A stretch of 64,000 bases of DNA from Cyanobacteria bacterium auto_48_18 (GTDB lineage: Bacteria > Cyanobacteriota > Vampirovibrionia > Obscuribacterales > Obscuribacteraceae), in the NCBI GenBank assembly GCA_036170915.1, contig JAVHQC010000022.1, positions 351,420-415,419 on the forward strand, given 5' to 3'. Both the position numbers and the translations under genes were made by a program. A model generated the notes under the pieces. The model worked only from the letters and a program-made list of their open reading frames with translations, did not search any database and had not been told where the DNA came from. This document shows, piece by piece, positions 48,359-58,068 of this stretch; within the stretch, counting starts at the first letter, position 1, and each line of letters begins with the position of its first letter.

Positions 48359-49444
48359 CTGTTGCCAACAGTCAAAGGCCAACCGGGCAAAGGCAGCAAT
48401 GGCTTTTTCGCGCTCCGCCAATGGCTTGGTGGAATTTTTGACGAAAACAGCGATGCATAAATGCCCTTTATGGTTGGGCAAAGTAATGATGCCAGCATCA
48501 TTGGTGGCGGCATTGATACCGTCTGTAGTGTCCCATGTACCGGTTTTGTGAGCGACGATGGTACCCGCCGGTAAATCGCCTTTGAGTCTGCCCGGACCTG
48601 TTGCCGTCTTCTCCATGATTGCTAGTAAATACTTTGTAGTCTCCGGCTTTAAAAGTTTGCCTTTGTATAATTTTTCCAGCAGGTCGGTTATTGCCGCTGG
48701 TGTCATTGTATTTTCTGGGTCTTCCCTAAATTTCTCTGCGGCCTTGCTTTTTTCTGCTTTCGGTATGGCTGCTACGAGTTTGTCAATTCTGTCTTTGTTC
48801 CACCATTCGGTTATCTTTTCTTTGACACCGCTATAGTCGAGAATGAGCTGGCACTCTGTGTTTTTAACATGTATCGATGTGCAACCTGCCGCGTCCAAGA
48901 ACGCTTGGACAGCTTTTGGGCCGCCGGCTTTCTCTAATAGAATGGCATCGGCAGTGGTATCACTCTGGCAAATTGATTGTTCAAGCAAATCGTTGTAGCT
49001 GACGTCTAAACCTGCGGCTGGAAAATTTTTGATTAGTGGGCTGTGAGCGACGGGAAATATGTCTTTGGCTGAGAGATGAATTATGTCTTTCAGCTTGTAC
49101 TTTCCCTCGTCTACCAATTTAAGAAATGCAATTGCTTCGACTAATTTGACCACGCTCGCCGTGGGAAAGACATCATCGGCTTTGTACTGCATCGACTGGC
49201 CCGATTCTAAATGCACCACCGATGCGCCAAGAATGCCACCGCTCTGTCGCTCAATTTTTAGAAATGGCGTCTTGAGCTCTGCACCTTTTGATTGCACTGA
49301 GCCGGTTGAGTCTGATTTTGCAGAGGTGTAAGCAGTGGTAGTCAGAACTATAATTCCGGCGGTCACACTGACTGTTAAGGCTTTCGATAAAGAGATCATC
49401 AGTTGCGTTTTGCACTCTTGCTTTGTTGGGTCTTTCCACCGCAT
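48311..49444 (-). CDS. class A serine beta-lactamase-like protein (atypical)
   Basis: FPTASVVK (SxxK), SDT, KAGG, E166-like Glu, NTMTP, TGPGRL, HKTGT, NDAGI; N-terminal signal. Confidence 0.9.
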   Translation of the reverse strand: MRWKDPTKQECKTQLMISLSKALTVSVTAGIIVLTTTAYTSAKSDSTGSVQSKGAELKTPFLKIERQSGGILGASVVHLESGQSMQYKADDVFPTASVVKLVEAIAFLKLVDEGKYKLKDIIHLSAKDIFPVAHSPLIKNFPAAGLDVSYNDLLEQSICQSDTTADAILLEKAGGPKAVQAFLDAAGCTSIHVKNTECQLILDYSGVKEKITEWWNKDRIDKLVAAIPKAEKSKAAEKFREDPENTMTPAAITDLLEKLYKGKLLKPETTKYLLAIMEKTATGPGRLKGDLPAGTIVAHKTGTWDTTDGINAATNDAGIITLPNHKGHLCIAVFVKNSTKPLAEREKAIAAFARLAFDCWQQSADAKTIKSSSNNFF

Positions 49445-49470
49445 GATTCTAGCAATTTCGCCCAGGGTTA

Positions 49471-49531
49471 TTGACGCATGGCCAACTCATATCGTATAGT
49501 TAACTCATAGGTTAATTAACTCATTGGTAAA
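49471..49531 (+). promoter_or_regulatory. sigma70 promoter with two tandem palindromic ArsR operator boxes
   Basis: TTGACG-N18-TATAGT; TTAACTCATAGGTTAA (49500-49515) and TTAACTCATTGGTAAA (49516-49531). Confidence 0.75.
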
Positions 49532-49533
49532 CT

Positions 49534-49923
49534 ATGCTTGAAGACAGTCTCAGTCAAACTTTCTCGGCATTAGCTGATCCGACCAGGCGAGCAATGTTAG
49601 CTCAGTTAAGAGTGGGTGAGTCTAGCGTTTCTGAGCTAGCGAAGCCACACAACATGTCGCTGCCTGCTGTCACGAAGCACATCAAAGTTTTGGAGAAGGC
49701 TGGCCTGATCACTAAAACGAAAGAGGCTCAATGGCGGCCGTGCAAGTTAAAAGAAGATGGCTTAAAAGAAGCAGCCGATTGGATAGAAGAGTATCGAGTT
49801 TATTGGGAAGCGACTTTCGATCGTCTTGAGGTCTACCTCAAAACCGTGACTGCGGAAAATGACGTGAAAGACAATCACGAGAAGCAACGAAGGAAAGGAA
49901 AGAAAGATGTCCGCAAAAAATGA
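49534..49923 (+). CDS. ArsR/SmtB family regulator
   Basis: FSALADPTRRAML, MSLPAVTKHIKVLEKAGLI. Confidence 0.95.
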   Translation: MLEDSLSQTFSALADPTRRAMLAQLRVGESSVSELAKPHNMSLPAVTKHIKVLEKAGLITKTKEAQWRPCKLKEDGLKEAADWIEEYRVYWEATFDRLEVYLKTVTAENDVKDNHEKQRRKGKKDVRKK

Positions 49924-50881
49924 AACTGTTAAAAGCAAGACTAACGAATTGAGACTAATCCGGCTGTATGACGCGCCGATTCAGGTCGTTTGGGATGCGT
50001 GGACAGACCCTGCGAAAGCTGCTCAATGGTGGGGACCACGCGGATTTACCATCACCACTCATAGCAAAGATTTGCGCGTCGGTGGGCATTGGCATTACAC
50101 AATGCATGGTCCTGATGGTGTCGACTTTCCGAATAAAACAAAGTATCTGGAGGTAGAAGACTGCGCAAAGTTAGTCTACGACCACGGTGCAAATGATGAT
50201 CGGCCTCCGATGTTTCGTGTCACCGTGCTTTTTTCTGAAAGCAACGGTAAGACAAAGATGGACATGTGCATGACTTTGCCGACGCCAGAAGCGGCCGAAG
50301 CGACTCGCAAATTTGTTAAAAAGGCAGGTGGTAATGCCACGTGGGATCGCCTCGCCGAATATCTGGAGCAGGCCTCGTCTGACAAAGCAATATTTGTCAT
50401 CAACCGCTCATTTGACGCTTCAATCGATACGGTTTTTGAGATGTGGATTAACCCCGATCATTTGTCAAAGTGGTTGCCACCACCCGGATTTGACATGAGA
50501 TGGCTCAAGTGTGACATCAAAACTGGTGGCAACTCTTTCTATTGCATGAGTAACGATGCAGGGATGAAAATGTATGGTCGTTCGCACTATTTAAAAATTG
50601 AAAAACCTCAATGCATTGCATACACGCAACATTTTTGTGACGAGAACGAGAATGTTTCTCGGCATCCCATGGCTCCAACCTGGCCAGCTACAATGCTGAC
50701 CACTATTTGTTTTGCCGAAGAAGGTCCTGAGCAAACCCGCGTCACTATTTCGACCGAATGTTATGGTGATACAACCCCAGAAGAACTTGCGACTTTCGTT
50801 AACGGACGAGGCGGCATGACTATCGGTTGGACAGCTTCATTCGATAAGCTTGAAGAATATTTGGTGACTGCTATCTCGTAG
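49907..50881 (+). CDS. tandem SRPBCC/AHSA1 domain protein
   Basis: Two repeats: R.YDAP..VWDAWTDP..WWGP.GF and RSFDA..VFEMW..P..WL.P.GF; overlaps the ArsR gene. Confidence 0.92.
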   Translation: MSAKNETVKSKTNELRLIRLYDAPIQVVWDAWTDPAKAAQWWGPRGFTITTHSKDLRVGGHWHYTMHGPDGVDFPNKTKYLEVEDCAKLVYDHGANDDRPPMFRVTVLFSESNGKTKMDMCMTLPTPEAAEATRKFVKKAGGNATWDRLAEYLEQASSDKAIFVINRSFDASIDTVFEMWINPDHLSKWLPPPGFDMRWLKCDIKTGGNSFYCMSNDAGMKMYGRSHYLKIEKPQCIAYTQHFCDENENVSRHPMAPTWPATMLTTICFAEEGPEQTRVTISTECYGDTTPEELATFVNGRGGMTIGWTASFDKLEEYLVTAIS

Positions 50882-50896
50882 TCAAAGAAATTGAGG

Positions 50897-52282
50897 TTAG
50901 CGCTCGAACAGCAAATTCACTTCTGTAGTGTCTTGCGAAGAATTTGGTGCGGCTGGGTAAGGTTCGGCTGACATGCAAGCATTCAGCGCAGCATTGTCGA
51001 ATGCCTCGTCTCCGCTCGACTGAGCTATTACAAGATGCGCGATGCTTCCGTTGTTTCTGATTCCAACTACCACCTCTGCTTTGCCAGTGCCCTTAACTTT
51101 CCAGGCTGCATGAGCCTTTTGACTAACTGTGACAATCCACGGCTCTAGATTCGGATCAGTAACTTTTGGCGTAGCAGTTTTATATTTGGCCAGGTCTCGC
51201 ATCATTTCGTCTGGGGATGGCTCCTCTATTGACTGGAGCCACTCGTCAGATTGACGCGAATCGGGCTCGATATAAGGCACCACCCAACCGTCTGAGCGAA
51301 ATTTCATTGCTACAGGTGTCTTTGACCATTTGTTTTTTCGCAGTTTGTCAGAAGGCGGCGGCAAAGGCACTGCCGACAACAAGGCTGACAAGACTTTCTG
51401 ATCAAATTCGTCATTTGTTGATGTTTGAAAGATTCGGTAATTGCCAATATTTCCTGTGGAATCTACAAGAAAGCGCACGCTGCATTCAAGCATAGGCCTG
51501 GCAGAAAAAGGTTTGAAATTTTGAATTAACCTGGCAACTAATTTTCTTGTATACGCGTCATAGTCTTCACTTGAGAGGGCGATAAGGCCGAAGGGGTAGT
51601 TGGGATCCACTTCCCGACGTTCCAGTTTTAGTATTGCATCTGGTGGTCGAAACTCATACAGCAGATGCATCGTATTAATGTCTCTTGCTGACAGCGATTT
51701 TTGTTGTCCCAGATATGGATACATAATGTCATGCGGATCCAGGCTGTGCTCGACAAGGCCAAGGGCATGACCGATTTCGTGCAAACAAATGGCGCGCATT
51801 AAGTTGTCTGTCAGAGGCCTTATGCTGCAATTTGTTTTTATGGAAATAACAGCAGAATCCATGTGGTGTGGGCTGGTTTGATAGCTAGTTAGCCCGGCTA
51901 CTGAATGCTTTTCTTTGGGAAATTCTTCAACAAATTGGCAGGTGATATCGACTGGCGGTTCAGTGACATATTTAAACTTGATTTTGGATTTTGAATTGTC
52001 CTCCCATTCGGAAAAACTATTTCGCAGAATTTCTTCAAACTTTGGATTGAAGTTTGGAACGCTTGAGCTTGGCTTGATCAGGACTCTGACAGCCATATCT
52101 CGATCAAACCACCTGAATGGATGGCCTCGGGTGACTTGTTGAAAGTAATCATCTTTAGGAGCCGTATATGTTCGTGTTCTAGGAGACGGACTAACATTTT
52201 CTGCTAAGCAGAAATTTGTCGCAGTTAGTCCACCTGAGGTGAGCACTATAAAAAGCCAGTAGATTTTCCAGGTCTTTATCAA
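50897..52282 (-). CDS. secreted matrixin (M10-like) zinc metalloprotease with two TonB-C-like domains
   Basis: HEIGHALGLVEHS, Met-turn DIMYP; VDSTG.I..STNDEFD..AVPLPPP and I..NG.I..SSGDEAFD.AA..AEPYP. Confidence 0.85.
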   Translation of the reverse strand: MIKTWKIYWLFIVLTSGGLTATNFCLAENVSPSPRTRTYTAPKDDYFQQVTRGHPFRWFDRDMAVRVLIKPSSSVPNFNPKFEEILRNSFSEWEDNSKSKIKFKYVTEPPVDITCQFVEEFPKEKHSVAGLTSYQTSPHHMDSAVISIKTNCSIRPLTDNLMRAICLHEIGHALGLVEHSLDPHDIMYPYLGQQKSLSARDINTMHLLYEFRPPDAILKLERREVDPNYPFGLIALSSEDYDAYTRKLVARLIQNFKPFSARPMLECSVRFLVDSTGNIGNYRIFQTSTNDEFDQKVLSALLSAVPLPPPSDKLRKNKWSKTPVAMKFRSDGWVVPYIEPDSRQSDEWLQSIEEPSPDEMMRDLAKYKTATPKVTDPNLEPWIVTVSQKAHAAWKVKGTGKAEVVVGIRNNGSIAHLVIAQSSGDEAFDNAALNACMSAEPYPAAPNSSQDTTEVNLLFER

Positions 52283-52286
52283 ATAA

Positions 52287-54137
52287 CTAATTCACCTTCG
52301 CTTCTAAACAAGCCCTGACTGCCGGTTTTGACATCAGTTCGTTTAAGGTCAGCGGTGTCTTTTCCACACGAGACAAAATCGCCCCGCAGTAAATCCACTG
52401 CTCCTCGTTGGTTAATCCGAGATTATCGTCAAGCAGCGCAAATTCATTTTGTAAGTCATCAAGTTCTTTAGCATTGTCATTCAGCGGTGGTCTGCGCATG
52501 CGTTGAACGACATCTAGTACCAGCTTGCGCCGCTCATCGAGAGTGCTCTGAAACTTCGGGCCAATATAACTGCTTTTGTCTGCAATCATCTTGGCATAGA
52601 CTTGTTCCAGCCAGCGTTCAAATTCAGAGCTGAAATTCGAAGTTTGCAATATCTTTCGCAAGCTTTCTTCAGTGACTATGCGTGGTGCAGGAGCACCCGG
52701 ATAAACGTAACTGATTGCCTGACCAGCAAGCATTTTGGCAAAGCTGTCATAGTAACCCCAGGTGTTTTCTTGGCCAAGTTGCTGAGATAGTGACGCGTTA
52801 GTTGGCGCCAGGTCTCGCAGCAGTGCGTCTCTAATAACAAATACTTCGTGCGGATTGTCATTGCAGTTGGCGATTGCTTTCAGTTTATTCTGTACGCCGG
52901 CATGTTCACCCTTATCGATCAACAGTCCGACAACAAAACCTGAAGTTGCTTCCACCACAGTATCTCCTGCCACCCAGTAGTGCTCAGATGTGGGTGAGAT
53001 TTTGTCGAAACTGGCTGCCCAGGTGGGGTCACCTGGTATCGGCTGCGCGTAGGCCATAAGTTTAGTATTGTTCCATGGCCAGCTTTTGACTTCGTTGCGC
53101 AATTGATCGCCATAATTTCCTAGAAGTACGGCGCTGACAAATTGACTGCCGAGACCAGCTCCCAGGCTGTGACCGGTGACGTAAATGTGCTCGGGGGCCG
53201 GATATTTTTGCTCAAGATATTTGCAGCATGCGGCAATTGGTCCAAGCATTGTTGGCAGTGCCTCAGCAAATCCTTCGGTCACCTTGCCGACTTTGCTTAT
53301 CAAAGGCTTTTCGGTTTGTTTGCCGCCCCGAAGGTCAGTGATCCAGTCTGGGTTGCCTCGCGCCTCACCAATAAAATCTTGCGCTTTCCAAACTGTTTTG
53401 CTCAGCGCTGAACCGCTGCGGCTGCCGCGAAAGACAATATGAGCGTCATAGCCTGTCGCGGTCTTTTTCATCAGCACAAAGCCCATGGGGCTCCAGGCCG
53501 GTTCAGACTTTCCAGCAATGCCGGTGCCGCCCTCAAAGACAATCAGGTGGTCTTCACCTGTCGGGTATTCGCGAATTTGAAAGCGCTCTACATCGTTATA
53601 AGGATAACCGGTCGGCTGTGAGCGGTAGCGAATGCCTTCCACTGATTTGATGTTGCTGGTTATGTACGCAGGGGCAAGAACAGCTAAAAATCTTTCACCG
53701 TCGCGGTTGAAGGTTGGAAGTTTGACGTCAATCTGCTTGTAGTTCGTCAAAATTGGGTCGAGTTTTGTATTACTGTTTTGCCAGTTTCGCGCCGCATTTG
53801 GACCCGTGTAGAATCCCTGGCCAGTAGGGTTTGGCGCGCTGGCTAGCGTGGCCGCATATTCATGAGTGAAACGGCAGATGTTGTCGCGACGGTCGCTGCC
53901 CACGCGAGACATAATGTCGTACCAGGGGTCTAGTGGCAGGCACAGAGACTGGTGATAGAGCTGATAGGCTAGCGTGCATAAGTCAAGATTAAGAACAGAC
54001 TCAGGCACGGCCTGTCTCGTTGACCTGGTGTCGTCTGCCGCGGCAGGGGAAGTGACACACAGGGCGAGCACTGCCCAAAACACAATGGCAAGACTTTTAT
54101 ATCGCTCAAGCCTGTGCAGATGAATTGTTGTGAACAT
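52287..54137 (-). CDS. secreted lipase class 3-like alpha/beta hydrolase
   Basis: IVFRGS, DWITDL, V.EGF, IYVTGHSLGAGL. Confidence 0.8.
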   Translation of the reverse strand: MFTTIHLHRLERYKSLAIVFWAVLALCVTSPAAADDTRSTRQAVPESVLNLDLCTLAYQLYHQSLCLPLDPWYDIMSRVGSDRRDNICRFTHEYAATLASAPNPTGQGFYTGPNAARNWQNSNTKLDPILTNYKQIDVKLPTFNRDGERFLAVLAPAYITSNIKSVEGIRYRSQPTGYPYNDVERFQIREYPTGEDHLIVFEGGTGIAGKSEPAWSPMGFVLMKKTATGYDAHIVFRGSRSGSALSKTVWKAQDFIGEARGNPDWITDLRGGKQTEKPLISKVGKVTEGFAEALPTMLGPIAACCKYLEQKYPAPEHIYVTGHSLGAGLGSQFVSAVLLGNYGDQLRNEVKSWPWNNTKLMAYAQPIPGDPTWAASFDKISPTSEHYWVAGDTVVEATSGFVVGLLIDKGEHAGVQNKLKAIANCNDNPHEVFVIRDALLRDLAPTNASLSQQLGQENTWGYYDSFAKMLAGQAISYVYPGAPAPRIVTEESLRKILQTSNFSSEFERWLEQVYAKMIADKSSYIGPKFQSTLDERRKLVLDVVQRMRRPPLNDNAKELDDLQNEFALLDDNLGLTNEEQWIYCGAILSRVEKTPLTLNELMSKPAVRACLEAKVN

Positions 54138-54183
54138 CGTAGTCTTCCGTGATTAGAAACAATAATTTAGCAAGCGTTACCAA

Positions 54184-56781
54184 CTAAAAACCCTTTTGCT
54201 TCTCCGCGAATGCCATAGCTACTTTTAGTTTCTCTAGATGTTGATCTACTGTTTTTTGTCCACCGGCAAATTCGTAGCCATCAAAGAAAGCAAAGACTTC
54301 TTTGGCCAGGTCGGCGTCAATCAAACCGGTGACACCTTCAACCAGCCTGGTGATAATCAAGCTGGGGTAGGTTTTGTTAATTTGCTCCCAGTTGCCTTTA
54401 ACAAATTTCCAGCTCACTTGCCTGCCCCGAGGGTTGAGCATAATGTTGCGCACCAGATATGGAGCGTTCTGCCCTTTAACTTCACCGGCAAGAGTTTTGG
54501 CCATTGTTTTTTGCAGCAGTTCTTCTTGCTGGAATTGACCCAGGGCGTACATATAACGCTCTTGCTCTTGTGGCGAGCTGCCGTTCTTGAATAGAGTTTC
54601 AAATTGCTCATAGCGCTTTTGGTCGCCTGTGTGAGCAAGAATTGTCACTACCGAAGAAAGCACATCTGGCGGCAAAATCTTCTCGCCACTCAAGTGCTTG
54701 TCGTATAGCAGGGCCGCTTGCTCTTGAATGGCTGTGTCACCACCAGTAGTGCCGAGAGTCAAAATGGCGATGCCTCTTAGTTGTTTAGTCAGCTCACTTT
54801 CGCCGTCGGTTGCTTCCCAGCCCAGGCGCTTGTAGGTAGGGCCAAGGAGCTCCCTGGCCAGCTCTTTAACTTTCGCATTCTGCTGAGGGTTTGCATCAAA
54901 TATTCTCTCGCAATATTGAAGCGCTGAAACTATGACTGTCCAGACATTTTTGTCTGGTTCATCTTTAAATAGCTTGACCAACTGGAAGAAATCATTCAGC
55001 GCCACGGTGCCATTGATAGTCAGTGCCCACAAATCGCTCACCAGATTAAAGCGCTCCAGTGTACTCAAACTGTTGCCAGCGCCTGTGCTGTCGCTATAGC
55101 TGTTTGCCAGCAGAGTCTTCATGGCAGCAAGCAAGTCGCTACTGTAATCTACGCGATAAAATCCGCTGCCGCCGGCGTTGACGATTACCCATTCAATGGC
55201 ACCACTGCCTATAGTTACTTCTGTCTTTTTCTCTGTTAAAAGCAAACGCTGCTCCACCAGAGTGCTGTCACCTTTCATTTTCGCTTTCAGTAGTATCGGC
55301 ACCTGATAGCATTCTTTAGCATCACCATCAAGATACAAAAATCGTCTCTGGCTGATTGTCAGTTTATTATTTTCACCGGCTAAAGTTACGCTGATGAGCG
55401 GGTAGCCCTCCTGGAAGATCCATGAGTTCATAATTTCTTGCACAGGCTCTTGAGACGCAGAAGCAAGGGCCAGCCAGAGATCGTTAGTTTCAGTATTAGC
55501 GTGTTTGTGCTTATTCAGATAACTGTTGACACCGCTTTTGAATTTCTCGGCACCGATATACTGTTCCAGCATGCGCAATACTGATGCGCCTTTTTCATAA
55601 GTAAGCACATCAAACATGCCATTGGCTTCTTCAGGTGCGCGCACCGGAAATTCAATTGGTCTGGTTGCGCGCAGGCCGTCTGTGGCAAATGCCATGGCGC
55701 GTGATACACCAAAAGTTTCCCATCTTTTCCATTGTGGTTTGAAATTATCTACTGCCACCAGTTCCATAAAAGTAGCAAATGCTTCGTTCAACCAGATGCC
55801 ATTCCACCATTTCATAGTGGTTAGATTGCCGAACCACATGTGCGCGAGTTCATGCGCCACTACGTCGGCAATGCGCTCTAGTTCAGCGTGAGAGGCCTGT
55901 TCTGTGTCAACCAGCAAGGCGCTTTCGCGATAGATAACAGCGCCTAAATTTTCCATGGCACCAAAGGCAAAATCAGGTACTGCGATCATATCCATTTTAT
56001 CGCCTGGATATTTGATGCCATAATATTTGTTGAAAAATGACAGAGCCGCCGCACCAATTTCTAAGGCAAATTTGGTCAAGTGCAGTTTACCCATAGGCGA
56101 GTAAATGCGCATAGGAATGCCATCTACCATCACCGCTTCGCTTGCCTCTAATTTTCCGACAATGAATGCCACTATATAAGTGGACATTTTCATGGTTTCT
56201 TTGAAGGTTATAGTTTTCTTGCCGTAGTCATCGACAGTTTCATTTTCAACGGCAGTATTCGACAGAGCTGTCAAATCTTGGTCGACATACAAAGTTAGCT
56301 TGAATGTGGCCTTGAAAGCCGGTTCATCAAAGCAAGGAAAGGCACGTCTGGCGTCGGTTGCTTCAAATTGCGTCAGCGCTATCCAGCTTTTTTCACCATC
56401 GCTTAGTGTTTGGGCGCTGCGATAAAATCCGCGCAATTTGTCATTTATTTCGCCCGCAAATTGAATATTTAATTGCCAGCTGCCGGCACTCAATTCGGCG
56501 TTGAAAGTTAGAGTCGCTCTCTCGGTCGCAGTGTCAATTTGAGCAACACCCGGCACGATGACGCCGTCTTGTTCGGCCGTGACACTGTCGATGGTGAGAT
56601 CAAGAGCATTGAGCAAAATTGTTTTTGTTGCCGATGCAACGTTGACCTCGATAGTTTCGCTACCGGTAAAAGTGAAAGTCGCAAGATCAGGCTTGAGGCT
56701 AATGGCATAGCGCTCTGGTATCACCACCGACGGAAGGCGATATGACTTTTCTTTTTCCAGCGTGGCTTGATCTTTCGACAT
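54184..56781 (-). CDS. M1 family aminopeptidase (ERAP1-like C-terminal domain)
   Basis: TQFEATDARRAFPCFDEP, GAMEN, HELAHMWFG...WLNEAFA, YEKG. Confidence 0.97.
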   Translation of the reverse strand: MSKDQATLEKEKSYRLPSVVIPERYAISLKPDLATFTFTGSETIEVNVASATKTILLNALDLTIDSVTAEQDGVIVPGVAQIDTATERATLTFNAELSAGSWQLNIQFAGEINDKLRGFYRSAQTLSDGEKSWIALTQFEATDARRAFPCFDEPAFKATFKLTLYVDQDLTALSNTAVENETVDDYGKKTITFKETMKMSTYIVAFIVGKLEASEAVMVDGIPMRIYSPMGKLHLTKFALEIGAAALSFFNKYYGIKYPGDKMDMIAVPDFAFGAMENLGAVIYRESALLVDTEQASHAELERIADVVAHELAHMWFGNLTTMKWWNGIWLNEAFATFMELVAVDNFKPQWKRWETFGVSRAMAFATDGLRATRPIEFPVRAPEEANGMFDVLTYEKGASVLRMLEQYIGAEKFKSGVNSYLNKHKHANTETNDLWLALASASQEPVQEIMNSWIFQEGYPLISVTLAGENNKLTISQRRFLYLDGDAKECYQVPILLKAKMKGDSTLVEQRLLLTEKKTEVTIGSGAIEWVIVNAGGSGFYRVDYSSDLLAAMKTLLANSYSDSTGAGNSLSTLERFNLVSDLWALTINGTVALNDFFQLVKLFKDEPDKNVWTVIVSALQYCERIFDANPQQNAKVKELARELLGPTYKRLGWEATDGESELTKQLRGIAILTLGTTGGDTAIQEQAALLYDKHLSGEKILPPDVLSSVVTILAHTGDQKRYEQFETLFKNGSSPQEQERYMYALGQFQQEELLQKTMAKTLAGEVKGQNAPYLVRNIMLNPRGRQVSWKFVKGNWEQINKTYPSLIITRLVEGVTGLIDADLAKEVFAFFDGYEFAGGQKTVDQHLEKLKVAMAFAEKQKGF

Positions 56782-56788
56782 TTAAACA

Positions 56789-56846
56789 GTTCTCCCTCAA
56801 TAGCGGAAGGCATGATATCACGCCGTTTTAGCTATCGAGGGAGAAC
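56789..56846 (-). promoter_or_regulatory. long hairpin sequestering the aminopeptidase Shine-Dalgarno sequence
   Basis: GTTCTCCCTC/GAGGGAGAAC, ATAGC/GCTAT, GGC/GCC and TGAT/ATCA arms; SD GAGGGAG lies in the 3' arm. Confidence 0.55.
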
Positions 56847-56878
56847 CTTGAATTATTTGATTGAAAAAGGCGAGTTAA

Positions 56879-57322
56879 TTAAATACCCAGATATCTGCGC
56901 ACTTGTGTGAATACGCCTGGGTTGTTGGTGTGAACATAATCTAGAAATTCTGGATTGTTGTAAGTTCTCCAGCTGTAGTCGCCGTAGTAGTTATTGTGGT
57001 GATAAGAATTCCACTGAGCTCTGAGCTGGTCATTCATGGCCTTGCGCTCGGCTTTGGACAAACGAGCTGAAGAGTAGCGGTTCCAGTGGTTGGCAAGGTA
57101 AGCTTTTTGCTCGTTCCAATCTGATGGATAAGCGGCGAGATGGTGGCGCTTGTATGCTTCTTTAAGTTCTTTGCGTTGCCAATGCTTCATTTGACCGCGT
57201 TTATAGCCATAGTGGTCATAATCGCGGTGATCCCAGTCGTCATGATCGGCCATTGCCGGAGCAATTGCTCCACCAAACACCAATACTGTGGCAATCAATT
57301 TGATAGTTACTTTGTACAACAT
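56879..57322 (-). CDS. secreted small protein, paralog 1 of 3
   Basis: PAMA|DHDD; conserved P.DW..Q, Y.W.TYNNPEFLDYVHTNNP..FTQVR. Confidence 0.9.
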   Translation of the reverse strand: MLYKVTIKLIATVLVFGGAIAPAMADHDDWDHRDYDHYGYKRGQMKHWQRKELKEAYKRHHLAAYPSDWNEQKAYLANHWNRYSSARLSKAERKAMNDQLRAQWNSYHHNNYYGDYSWRTYNNPEFLDYVHTNNPGVFTQVRRYLGI

Positions 57323-57423
57323 GTTTACTCCAGAGAAGTTTGAAATAATTGAGTTTCAAAGCGTTAGCCGAAATTGTCTGGTTATTCTAACCTGCACAGT
57401 CAAATACTTAATTGCCGCACCAA

Positions 57424-57458
57424 AATCCCTCAATGATGCATTCGATCATTGAGGGATT
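57424..57458 (-). terminator. terminator hairpin between paralogs 2 and 1
   Basis: Perfect 14-bp stem AATCCCTCAATGAT/ATCATTGAGGGATT ending in TTTT on the minus strand. Confidence 0.75.
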
Positions 57459-57502
57459 ACTGACTTTGACCGCTGGGCGATCAATTTCTATTATGCGGTG
57501 AA

Positions 57503-57943
57503 CTAAAATCCTAGATACGAGCGCACTTGCGTGAACGTACTAGGATTGTTGTTGTGCATATAGTCTAAGAACTGCGGATTGTTATAAGTGTTCCAATTGT
57601 AGGAGCCATGATAGTTCGGATTGAATGAGCTGTATTGGGTGCGCATTTGTTGTTCAAGAGCTCGGCGTTGAGCGGCGGAATAACTGTTATTGCGGTGACT
57701 CCAATTTCTGGAATAAAACGATCTTTGACTATTCCAATCGCTGGGAAAATTATTGTTGTTGTTACGGGCAGCGCGTCTCATTTGTTGTTTGTATTTTTGT
57801 TTATGCCAGCCGCGGTGATTGCCATTGCCATTGCCATTGTTCCAACGGCGATCATCATCATCGTGGTCGGCCATTGCTGGTGTAATTGATGCTGCAAGCA
57901 TAATTACGCTGGCGAATATCTTCAGTGTTCCAAATTTAGACAT
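57503..57943 (-). CDS. secreted small protein, paralog 2 of 3 (Asn-rich)
   Basis: PAMA|DHDDDD; YNWNTYNNPQFLDYMHNNNP..FTQVR. Confidence 0.9.
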   Translation of the reverse strand: MSKFGTLKIFASVIMLAASITPAMADHDDDDRRWNNGNGNGNHRGWHKQKYKQQMRRAARNNNNNFPSDWNSQRSFYSRNWSHRNNSYSAAQRRALEQQMRTQYSSFNPNYHGSYNWNTYNNPQFLDYMHNNNPSTFTQVRSYLGF

Positions 57944-58011
57944 GTGTCCTCCAGATAGTTACTTAGTTGTCAAACGAGTGGTCGATTTGATGTTTTGGTT
58001 GTTATGTTTTT

Positions 58012-58037
58012 GACGGCAGTCCAGACAGTAAGGTTCC
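58012..58037 (-). promoter_or_regulatory. candidate ECF-sigma promoter GGAAC-N17-CGTC
   Basis: Minus strand GGAACCTTACTGTCTGGACTGCCGTC upstream of paralog 2. Confidence 0.6.
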
Positions 58038-58068
58038 TGTCGGCACTGCTTGTGAAAAATTAAAAATC

